Positions 50,025 through 60,840 of a DNA stretch of 64,000 bases are shown here, in pieces. Made by a program: the position numbers and the translations under genes. The notes beneath the pieces were generated by a model. The model searched no databases. It was not told the DNA's origin and saw nothing but the letters and a program-made list of their open reading frames with translations. Each line of letters starts with the position of its first letter. Position 1 is the first letter of the stretch. This stretch comes from Octopus vulgaris (lineage: Eukaryota): contig OX597824.1 of assembly GCA_951406725.2 (NCBI GenBank), forward strand, positions 56,172,001 through 56,236,000. The letters run 5' to 3'.

Positions 50025-51560
50025 GTACATCTAAGGCATCTTCTTTATCCTCGTAACAGCTGACTATAATGTTGCTACATCAGTTATTGGGTACAAGACC
50101 TACTTTTCTGTAAACATGATTAACTCTATGGGTGACTAGTCCATATCCTACATTGCCAGATATTTCAAGCATCTCAGTGGTAATTTGTAATTGATCAGGG
50201 GCTTTCTTTGTCTTTATATCCATCATTGTTTTATCTATGATACTGCTATCTACTAGAATAGCTAGTCCTTCTGTTGGGATCACATTGGGAAGACATCCTT
50301 TCCCTTGTGCATTCTCTGTGTTTAATATACTTGCATGGTAACATTTCCATGCTACTTTCTTTTAGAATCACAAAGTACAAGTATACCATTGTCCATTTGC
50401 TCACACTTCTCACCCACAACATTTCAATTCTCTCTGATATATTTGTCTTGCAATCTGGAATTCCTCACATTTCTGATTCTCACATGGTAAAACATTGGCA
50501 AATTTCTTACTTTCTGCTTCTGCTTTTACTAAGTAAACCTGTTTCTTAGTTTCCTTTCTGGCTCCCTGCCAACTTTTTTTTTCTAGGCTTGTCTTTTAAA
50601 GCTCTGCTTACCTCAGTTCCACTAGCATGTCACCTTTTGGCTGTCCAAGACTTTGCACCAGCCACAGATTTGGTGTGCAGCCCTCAGTAGATTGTCCTTT
50701 AGGAACTTCCAGCGTTCTCTAAGTTATATGTTTCCTCCTACATTTTGTCAACTGCTTCAACCAGAATTTCTCTAAAATCTCTCTGCCAGGTCTTTGAGCT
50801 TCTATATCTTCCCTTTTTCAGACTGGTTTGCTTCTCTCTGCTCTTCTAGCTTTAAGTTGTAAGTAAGTAACCACTAACTTATGTTTGGTGGTACATTCTT
50901 TGCCTAGGAGCAACATTGCACTTACAAGCGTCTGTCTATCTTGTTTTCTTGTGAGAATGTAGTCAATCTGACTTGTGTGTCTCCTAAATTGACAGATTGG
51001 CTGGTTTCCTGAAGCTAATGTTGCAAATCATCAGATAATTTGCATTTAGAACTCCAGCAACTTTGTTAGCTCCTTTGTAGAACCAAAGCCTAATCTCCCA
51101 TGCACACCATGAAATCCTTTGGAATGTTGTCCAACAAGTTTGTTGAAGTCACCAGCCACAATAATCAAGTCTCTGTCATTTGTCATCAATGTAGTCTGCA
51201 AAAGGTGTCTCATAAAATTGATCTTTCTGATCTTCTGCCATCCCAGATTGTCAAGATAAATGTAAATTGTTGATTTAGCTAAGACTAGTTTCAGCTTAAC
51301 TATCCCATCACACATTGTAACTCCCTTAATTACCTTATTTCCTTATTTTTCTGCCAAAAGTATGCCTACACTACCTACCCTGTCACTGCTGCTTACCCAA
51401 AAGAATTTGAACCTCTGTTTCTTACCCATGAGGAATCTGGTGAAAGCTCCCTTCCATCTAACCTCTTGCACACAGCACATGTCTATATGCTGCCTCTCTG
51501 TCATTTCAATTATCTCATTAGGCTTTCCTTTCATTGTGCCAACATTGGTAGTGAACTTAG
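50025..51560 (-). mobile_element. Degenerate RTE LINE 5' half (APE endonuclease and linker)
   Basis: NVGTMKGK..IDMCCVQEVRWKG, GVGI-like GSVGILL, IIVAGDFN and QIDYIL motifs. Confidence 0.85.
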
Positions 51561-52148
51561 AAGGAAGAGTGAGAAGACAGTTTAGTAACTGTTACCAGAG
51601 CCTGAAAAGAAAAATATCTTTGTGAACACTTTCCAGCTGGCAGAGAGCACTTGTACATAGTTTATTTACTCCATAAATTACAATTTCTTCAATCTCATAC
51701 TCCATCTAGAGCATCAACAAGGTGAGGGGGAAAGGGGTTTCATGTCAGCCAGAAGAGATGATGGGTACATAGCAAGGCTTAAATATCTATATACATAATG
51801 ATATACATATTATATACATTACCCATAGATATACACTCATGTATGCCTACATGTATACAACTCACATACCCAAGTATGCATACATACATATATGTGGTGC
51901 CAGGAGGGACTACACATATATTTATACATAAAGAAAGAGGAAATGGGGTTGCATAATGAAATGACAGGTAAGAAAATTCAGGTATGTTTCAATCAAAGAT
52001 GGTGGCAGTGGGGTAAGGAAAAGTGGATTAGAAAGATGTGAGCTGCCTTTAAACTCTACAAGAATCTGTTGCAGTGCACTAATTATTATATGGACTTCAT
52101 AAAACAATTCTATAATATCTCAGTTATTAATACTATTAGAGGTATATA

Positions 52149-54331
52149 CAGTAGTCCCCCGGTATTCGCAGGGGATTACATTCCTTGAGCACCCACGAAT
52201 ATTGGATGTAGTCCATAAAAATGCCTATAAATGTCAAAATATATTATAAAATATTATAAATATATATATATATAATATTTAACAATAATTTAATAAAAAA
52301 TAAAATAAAATGTACTGGTGCTCACAAATAATGAATGATATTGATGTAAGACGATGATGATGAAAGAAATGAAGGTAATGACTGCACAGCAAAGAAGATT
52401 TCAAGCTCTTCATATGATGCCTCTTTCTCAGATGTTTTAGCGGGTGTTGTATCTTTGTGCAAGGCTTTGTTGGTGGGCTTGAGGAACATTGTGATGGGAA
52501 GTTGTTGTCGTTTTTTCTTCATAATGGTGAAGAGAGTTTTATATGTCTGCATGGCAGCATTAACGACATTTTTAAGTTGGAGAGACCAAACTATCTAGGG
52601 TTCCCATGCTTCCGCCTTCCCTTGCAATTCCTTTGCTGCCCTTAAATGGTCAGACAGATGTCCAGTTGCCAGGCTCACCTCATCCTTTTCTTCCTCTGGA
52701 TCTGGTGCTTCCTCCTCTTCACTGGTAGACTTCGTCTGTCAGGGTTTCAGAGTGGGCATCAATGAGGTCATTGACCTCATTTTGTGTGATATCATCAAAA
52801 CCTTCGTCACCAAGTACCCTTGCCAGTTTCACTGCATTGTTGACAGCTCCGTGCTGAATATCTTCAGGTGAGAAACCTTCGTAATCCTGGACACACTCTA
52901 GCCACACCTTCTTCCTGCATACGATGAGGGTTTGTTTTTTCATGTCTTTAAGTGCAGCGTGGATGTCTGACAGGCACGTTGTGATCATGAAGATATGCCA
53001 GTACTCCTTTAACTTGAAATTCTCATCAAAATCTATTGTGTCCACAAGGTGTTGGAGAGAGTTCTGAGTGTGAAGTGCTTTGAAGGCATGGATCACACCT
53101 TGATCTACAGGATGGATGAGGGAGGTGGTGTTGGCAGGGAAGAACTTGAATTCCCTCATGATTCAAATCCAAAGTGATCACCAGCATTATCCATAACAAG
53201 CAACACCTTGAATTCTATGTAAACATTTTGGGAGTATTCCTTGGCTTGAGGGATGAAGCATTGGTGGAATCAATTCAAAGTTAAACTTTTGGTAATCCAG
53301 GCCTTGGGGTTGTGCATTCAGTGGATGATCAGTAGGTTTTTATTCTTATTTTTGAAGGCCCTTAGATTCATGAACTTGTAGATAAGTCTTGGTTTCATCA
53401 TGAAGAGCCAGCATCACTCTGTCCTTCTGTGCCTTAAACACTGGGGCTCTGGTTTCATCCTTCATGATGTACATTCTGGAAGGGATCTTCTTCCAGAGCA
53501 AGCCAGTCTCATCCATACTGAAAACCTGTTTTGGTTTGTATCCCTTATCTTTGATGATCTACCTGGAGGTCTCGAGGTACTTCCCAGTGACATTTTTCTT
53601 GGCTGATGCTGTCTTTCCATGCAGGGAAACACACTTTCTTTTAAGTCAGTTCTGGAAATGGTCAAACCATCCTTTGCTGGTTTGAAAATCTTCAGGTTCC
53701 GGTGTTGTCAATGGTCTTGGTTGTGGTTCTTCGGTGCCTTTTGCTCTGTCTCCTCTGTTGAACTGCTGATATAATTTCCACACTTTCTCGCAGATGATGT
53801 TACCGCTCTAGGGGATGTTTTTCTTCTTGCAGTCACTGATCCACAATGCCAAGGCAGATTCCATCTAGACAAAGTGCTTATTTCTCATTATCATTATCTT
53901 TTTGGCACTTTCACAGAAACTTACTGCCAAGATAGTCCTGCCCGCCACCTCGTTCTCCTTTATGTAGCGTATGGTGCTTTCGTTGACAACATAATAGTGA
54001 CCAACTGCAGCATAACTTTTACCTTCCTGGAACATATCCAGCAGTTGTACTTTCTTATGGGGCATCATAACCTTTTTCTGGCACTTAGGTTCACTGCCAG
54101 AAGCCTGTAGGGTATTTGGGCAGCATCTTGGGCATTAATACACTGCGAAAAAAACAGCACTCAACAAAATACTGGAGATAGCTACTGGATGTAGTTTTTC
54201 CAACAAAAAACCTACAAAAAAATCTTTACTGCATCTAATATGCACATACCACCAATGGGAGATTGAAGAGAGATTAAAAATAATCATGGTTTTGAAAAAT
54301 TTAGTTTGTATTACCACTAGATACAGTAATC

Positions 54332-54385
<54 letters not shown>

Positions 54386-54773
54386 AGAGAGAGAGGTGGG
54401 GGGGGGGGACAGCAAGTAACCTAATTTCAATGAGGCTAAAGAGTGTGTATATGTGATAGATGTTGCTATACTAATTAGCAAGCTTTGATTGAAAGCAGGA
54501 ATAAGAGAAAAAAGATACAGCATACTTGTATAAAAAAAAAGTTAAGCAGCATGATGCACGGCTATTCTAATCAGAGTGACCTTCAGCTGCAAAGGAGTAT
54601 CCAGTAAACAGGCAAATACAGTATATTATTAATAATAATTTAGCCTTAAAAATTGTGAAAAAGTATATATTGCCATGAAAAATGCCAAAAAAATTGCGGA
54701 CGATATTTACAATTCCACAAATATGCAGTGGTTTCTGTAAATAACCAGGACTATGAATAAGTGGGATACATTG
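52149..54773 (-). mobile_element. pogo/Tigger DNA transposon with disrupted transposase
   Basis: TA|CAGTAGTCCCCC terminus; the other end is degenerate. Minus-strand remnants: HTH (VNESTIRYIK), ASKG, MDETGL.WK, LLVMDNA and PANTTSLIHPVDQGVI..FKA. Confidence 0.88.
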
Positions 54774-55194
54774 TACTGATAATTTTAGTGATTACACACA
54801 CACATACTCACATACACATATGAAATAAGGTTAATTTATATACTATTTCATCACATAAACATTTAAAGCAACAGAAAAGAAATCTATTTCCACATGAGTC
54901 CTGTCTACTAGTCAGTGATGAATGAGAGAAAATGTAAAGCCATTGATGAAGAAGTCACATATTTTAAGATAAAACATTGACTTAGCAGATTTATGATTTC
55001 AACAAGCTCACTTATATATGCACACACACACAACCACATTTATTTAGTGTATTTTGGGTAAAAGCCCCATAACTTGTGTTTAAGAGCTCCTCTGCTTTTG
55101 TCCAGCTATCACATATCTCAGATATCTCTGGCTATGGGTATACATGCAGAACTCCTTTCTGCTTAGGATTTATATGATAACAATAATAACAATA

Positions 55195-56084
55195 ATTCAT
55201 TCTTTTATTGGCCACAAGGGCTAATATAAAAATATATTAAAGGACATGACACTCACATAAACAACAACACAAAACAATACAATGGGTTTTAATGCATGTA
55301 AACAGTAAAAACAATAAAAAATTAAGCAAGTAAAACTCCCAATAGGGAGAGGTGCTTTAAAGGTCCTTGTGGAAAAACCCACAAAAGCCACGAGTGCCTG
55401 ATCAACAGGGCAAGAGCTCTTCTCCTTTTATTTCTTCACAGGTGTACACTCAGAATTGGTCCTTTCACACTGCCCATTCTTCCAACATTCACCTATCTTT
55501 CAACAAACTTGCTAGAAGGCAACACTTCCCTCTGCACCCTCACTTTCCTCTTCAAGTGAAACTTGAAAAAGTTGATGAGGGCTTGGCCAAAGAAGAAAGT
55601 GTCTGACTTCAGCCCTTTCAGATGAGTCACCCACACTACCTCTTTTGCTTCAGCCACCAGGCAAATAAAAACTGCCTGCCCCTCCTGGCCAAAGGAGGGT
55701 GGCAGGGCAATCTTCACTATGGATTCAAGTGATAGCCGGATCTGTCCTACACATGACAGCTGGTGTTTGACATAACCCACATGTCAGTAATGCTCATGCT
55801 CTGGATGAGGGCATCAGTTTCGTCACTCTGCATGCACCTTGGGCAAGCCCGGCTATAGCACTTCTGTACCTGTAAAGTTTATCCTGAATGGGCAGCACCC
55901 TTCGGTAGCACTGCCAGGTAAGGGATTTCTGGAAATCATCCATAGGACCAGGCCCGAAAGTTCTCTGAAACAGACCAGATAGTTGATTTTCGTCAACACC
56001 CAAAGCTTCAATAATAACAACCAACTGCAGAACATATGAGAAGGGATAACAACATGAACTGTCATCTTGTAGTGATGGAATCAA
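55195..56084 (-). mobile_element. 3' end of a Tx1/L1-group LINE (ORF2 C-terminus and 3' UTR)
   Basis: FGPGPMDDFQKSLTWQCYRRVLPIQDKLYR and FICLVAEAKEVVW..LINFFKFHLKRK. The 3' end reads TATTAGCCCTTGTGGCCAATAAAAGA on the minus strand. Confidence 0.7.
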
Positions 56085-56087
56085 TTA

Positions 56088-58050
56088 TGTATCCTTGTTT
56101 ATTTTAACTGCGATATATAGGAGAAAAAACAAGACAAGTTCACATAAAACTCATGCATGCCACATGACTGGCAGTTTTTAATTTATTTAAACAAACGTGC
56201 AACAACATTTGTTATATATTCATTAGGAGTTAATACACAACACTCGCTACCTCAATAAGAAAGTTGATTTGGTAGGTTTCTTTTTCTGATGAATCGCCAG
56301 TTTACTCCAATCATCATCTTGTCGACTTCATGTGCTTGAGGTTCGTGTTTCATGCAGTTCTCATTGCCTAACCTCGAGTCAATTCCTACCCGAGGAGGTT
56401 GACAACTGTCCACTGACAGTAGCAATCGGTCGAAACTAGCTATCCAGCTTTTGTTTGCGTTTGTGACAATTGCAGTATTTGCACCTTTCTGTGCCAGAGA
56501 TATGACGAGACTTGCTTTCTTAATGCATTTGTTGTGGTACCAGAAGTTAATAAACCATATAAATCATGGATTGCAGCTGGTACATAACGGTCTTGTGAAT
56601 GACCTTTCCTCAGGATGAAGAACGATATTTGAGTAGAACTTGCTGTTAATAGAGATGCCAATCATCAACAACAGGATTGATGGTTTGGACAGCTCACTCA
56701 GCTTGCCCATTTGACTGGATGATAAGTAGGTGTATATATGCCCTTTATGCCAAGGGTCAATAATCAACCTTTCAATGCTGTAAATTCAAATGCATTGTCT
56801 GATACAGTAACTTTTGGCTGTCCAAACAGAGCAAAGAGACACATCAAGCACTTTTGTACCTTTTCCATTTTTGCATGAGGTGCAAGAGATGGCATTGTAG
56901 TTGGAATATGAATCAACAATAAGGAATAGATTGCCAACTTCAGTCAGTCATAACAGCCCGATCCATGTGAAAATGTTCCCAAAGACCATCCTTATTCCAA
57001 GTCACTGTCAAATCATCTTTCATACTTTGATTCTGCTGACAAGCAGTGCAGTTAGAAATGAAGGTAGTCACATCTCAAGACATGTTTGGCCACCAGAATC
57101 CAAGAGAGATTTTATTGAGAATTTGTTGAATACTCAAATGTGTATCATGACTGGCATGTAATTGGTAGGGAACAAATATTTTCATTCGCAAATATAGAAT
57201 TCCATCTTCTATTGTTAGTTGATCACGCATGCATTTGAAAGGGAGATCGCACTTGTTTCGCGAAGTCCATTTTCCAGATTTGACCATGCATTTGATTCGC
57301 TATATGTCTGTCATATTCAGTAATATTTTTCACATGATCAATGTACATGGCTCCAAATGGAATATCATTCACTTGTTTAACAGCAAGGACAATTCCCTTG
57401 TCTGCTACTTGCAATCTTGACATTGCGTCAACATAAGGAATTTTAGAGTCAGAGATACGCGATATATCAAAATCAAATGTCATCACTTGAATAGTCCATC
57501 ACCCGATTCTAGCAGAAACATTCATAGGGATTGGCTTTTTTGGGTGGAAGTTATATTTTAAAGGTTTATGATCTGTATTGAGTTTAAACCTTTTACTTAG
57601 CAGGAATTGCTTGAGAGTAGTAATGGCCATATGATGACAAATGTTTCGCTTTGATAGTTGATCAATTAGGTTTAGCAGGTATCAATTTTCTTGATACATA
57701 TAGAATAGGGTGACCATTTTATGAAAGTATTGCTGCAACACTGTTCATTGATGCATCTGTCATCAGCTCAGCAGGTAATTTAGGATCAGATGGCTTCAAC
57801 ACTGGTTCTTTGCATAGCTCATCTTTAATATTCTCAAATTCAAGTTGGCACTTGTCTGTCCACTGAAAACAATTGGCAGTAGTTAGTTTCTACATTGTTT
57901 TGTCACTGAAATTTGAAATGAATTGCCCAAAGTATCCAATTAGCCCAAGAAAGGATTGCAGTTCCTCAGTGTTTTTTGGCTGATTTAATGCCATGATTTT
58001 GCGAGTTCTTTTGCAGGTTTAATTCCTTCTGCCAATATCACATAGTCTAA
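56088..58050 (-). mobile_element. Degenerate Gypsy LTR retrotransposon 3' half (RNase H, integrase, probable LTR 56088-56242)
   Basis: FLGLIGY, TDAS, TDHKPL, DAMSRL, GFWWP, IVDS, VSDNA and NG.AE motifs on the minus strand. Confidence 0.8.
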
Positions 58051-58742
58051 AAATGTATATATTTTTTTATAATATATTATTTTTAATATCAGGAAATCAA
58101 TATTAGAAAATTCTTCAGAAAGATATATACGTGTGTAAAATAATTGTTGTATTAAAAATATCAGTATGTATAAAAATATATGTAAATATGTATAAGTATA
58201 AATATATAATGTATATGACAGTTTAAAAGTTTTTAAAGTTTTAAAGCATCTTACGATTGTTTCACAGAAGTGCTGTCCCTATAATGAAATCCTATATTGA
58301 TAAGCATTTATAGACAACTCTTCTGCTTTTCAGCAATATAAAATTTGAATTTTGTATAACATATCGAATGGTAGTTTTTTAAAAATTTGAAGTAATACTA
58401 CAAAATGGTGTTTGTTTGAAATATAAATTAAAAATTACTGCTTTTGATGAGAGTCTTTAAATCCATATATACTTCCTTGGTTAGTCTTACAAAATTCAAA
58501 TTCGCAGTATTCATTGGCGTGTCACAGATTTGAAAGAACTTAAGAAACTGATTCATTGGATTGTTGAATAGTGGAGATGAATTTTGTTCTTTCAGCTAAT
58601 ATCAGTTTCTTTAATGTGGCGAATTGGCAGAATCGTTAGAAGAGCATAAGCTCGAAATGTCAAAGACACTTCCATTTTCCTGAGCATCAAGCTAATACAC
58701 TTTGTTTGTTGTTCCCTCACCTTACATCTGTTTTTTTGTACA

Positions 58743-58776
<34 letters not shown>

Positions 58777-58897
58777 TGTACAGTTAGATGTACAACCACT
58801 ACTGTATGAGTTCGAACTCCATGTAGAAAATGCAGTTACCTTCTGGTATAATAGTTGGCCACTGTACATTGCAGTGTTGCTAGTTATGATATATAAA

Positions 58898-59809
58898 GAG
58901 AAGAAGTTTCAGGTGTGGAAGCATGGTTTAGAATCGAAGGGCCTTAGAGTCAACCTAGCTAAAACCAAAGTCATAATAAGTAGGAAGGTAGACAAATCAC
59001 AAACGCCTTCAGGTAGATGGCCCTGCTCGATCTGTAGAAAAGGTGTAGGTAGAAACTCTATAAGATGCACCAAATGTAAGCTATGGACACATAAGAGGTG
59101 CAGCAATGTCATAGGAAGGCTAACTAGGAAGATGGTTTTTGTATGTGGCAGATGCTCGGGAGCATTAACCTCTGAAAATCTGCAGAAAACAACTTCCGTC
59201 ACTTTCCAGGGGGAAAAACTAGAAGTAGTTGATAGCTTCCGTTATCTTGGTGACCAAGTCAGTAGTGGGGGTGGGTGTGCTGAAAGTGTAACGGCTAGAG
59301 TAAGAATAGCCTGGGCAAAGTTTCGGGAGCTCTTACCTCTGTTGGTGACTAAAGGCCTCTCGCTCAGAGTAAAAGGCAGACTGTATGATGCATGTGTACG
59401 AACAGCCATGCTACATGGCAGTGAAACATGGGCCGTGACTGCTGAGGACATGCGTAAGCTCGCGAGAAATGAAGCTAGTATGCTCCGTTGGATGTGTAAT
59501 GTCAGTGTTCATAGTCGACAGAGTGTAAGTACCTTGAGAGAAAAGTTGGACCTAAGAGGCATCAGATGTTGTGTGCAAGAGAGACGATTGCGCTGGTATG
59601 GTCATGTGGTGAGAATGGATGAAGATAGGTGTGTGAAAAAGTGCCACACCCTGGCAGTTGAGGGGACCTGTGGAAGAGGTAGACCCAGGAAAACCTGGGT
59701 CGAGGTGGTGAAGCACGACCTTCGAACTATAGGTCTCACCAAGGAAATGACCAGAGACCGAGACCTATGGAAGTATGCTGTGCGTGAGAAGACCCGGCAA
59801 GACCAGTGA
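58898..59809 (+). CDS. Uninterrupted C-terminal ~300 aa of RTE LINE ORF2 (end of RT with PHD-finger insert); 5'-truncated, so not a complete gene
   Basis: GLRVNLAKTKV, a C4HC3 motif, FRYLG, LHGSETW, RRLRWYGHV.RM and RGRPRKTW. No stops until TGA at 59809. Confidence 0.85.
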   Translation, partial: EKKFQVWKHGLESKGLRVNLAKTKVIISRKVDKSQTPSGRWPCSICRKGVGRNSIRCTKCKLWTHKRCSNVIGRLTRKMVFVCGRCSGALTSENLQKTTSVTFQGEKLEVVDSFRYLGDQVSSGGGCAESVTARVRIAWAKFRELLPLLVTKGLSLRVKGRLYDACVRTAMLHGSETWAVTAEDMRKLARNEASMLRWMCNVSVHSRQSVSTLREKLDLRGIRCCVQERRLRWYGHVVRMDEDRCVKKCHTLAVEGTCGRGRPRKTWVEVVKHDLRTIGLTKEMTRDRDLWKYAVREKTRQDQ

Positions 59810-59856
59810 GAACAATCAAAATTAAATCATATATCAGAAAGCAGGGGTTAAGTGAC

Positions 59857-60290
59857 CCATCCGTTCGTGTCCGCTGTCAGCCTCGTCTGGCACCCGTGCC
59901 GGTGATACGTAAAAGCACCATTCGCTCGTGGCCATTTGCCAGCTCTGCCTGGCCCCCATGTCGGTGGCACGTAAAAGCACCATCCGTTCGTGTTCGTTGC
60001 CAGCCTCGCCTCTGGCCCCGTGCCGGTGACACGTAAAAGCACCGTCCGTTCGTGGCCATTTGCCAGCTCTGTCTGGCCCCGTGTCGGTGGCACGTAAAAG
60101 CACCGTCCGTTCGTGGCCGTTTGCCAGCTCTGTCTGGCCCCGTGTCGGTGGCACGTAAAAGCACCATCCGTTCGTGTCCGTTGCCAGCATCGCCTGGCCC
60201 CGTGCCGGTGACACGTAAAAGCACCAACCGTTCGTGGCCGTTCGCCAGCTCTGTCTGGCACCTGTGCAAGGTGGCACGTAAAAAACACCC
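59857..60290 (+). repeat. Seven ~60-62 bp tandem units of two subtypes (order A-B-A-B-B-A-B)
   Basis: Units end in ACGTAAAAGCACC (the last is a variant). Subtype A has GTGTCCG..GCCGGTGA; subtype B has GTGGCC..GTCGGTGG. Confidence 0.92.
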
Positions 60291-60840
60291 ACTACACTCG
60301 CGGAGTGGTTGGCGTTAGGAAGGGCATCCAGCCGTAGAAACACTGCCAGATCTGACTGGGCCTGACGAAGCCTTCCAGCTTCACAGACCCCAGTTGACCC
60401 GTCCAACCCATGCTAGCATGGAAAGCGGACGCTAAATGATGATGATGATGATGATGAAAGCATACATAGTGGAAATTCTTACATATGTTTCACTGTTACT
60501 GTTAACTGGAACTCAGCATTGGATGTTTCAAGTTCATCCGGATGCCTAACTGTAATGGATCATCTGAGGAACACTTTATTGCATTCTGTTACAGATATTG
60601 AAATATCTGAAGTTAGATTCATGGTGAGGTAATTTCCAAGTATTTAGAGATGGAAGTAGAAAGCGAACAAGTTAGTGATGAAGAGAAAAAAGGAAGAGAG
60701 AGCATGTGATGGAGTGGAAAAAGAGGAATCCCAACCACGTTGTTCTGCATGCAATCTCACTGCATGGCATCTTGGGCAAGTATCTTCTACTATAGCATTA
60801 TGAGTGGCCGACCAAAGTCTTGTGAGTTGATTTGGTAGAC

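Larger units (their letters stand above)
58898..60456 (+). mobile_element. Young 5'-truncated RTE-clade LINE with tandem-repeat 3' UTR and (GAT)n tail
   Basis: Intact ORF2 end, seven ~60 bp units, conserved tail GGCGTTAGGAAGGGCATCCAGC, then (GAT)n. CpGs are retained. Confidence 0.92.

Noticed and set aside
58706-58897. N-terminal 64 aa of the 367-aa ORF, suggesting a host-LINE fusion protein
   Set aside because: It contains IYIYIY microsatellite translation and starts at a non-ATG codon. LINE homology starts at ~58898, so this is chance in-frame flank.
59857-60290. CRISPR-like array
   Set aside because: The whole unit repeats, there are no unique spacers and no cas genes, and the context is a eukaryotic LINE 3' UTR.
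60595-60628. Candidate next VPS54 exon (tacag| ... |gt)
   Set aside because: Phase-0 translation ILKYLKLDSW* does not resemble the expected next VPS54 segment (ending ..NDGGPQ.G). That exon is probably beyond the window.
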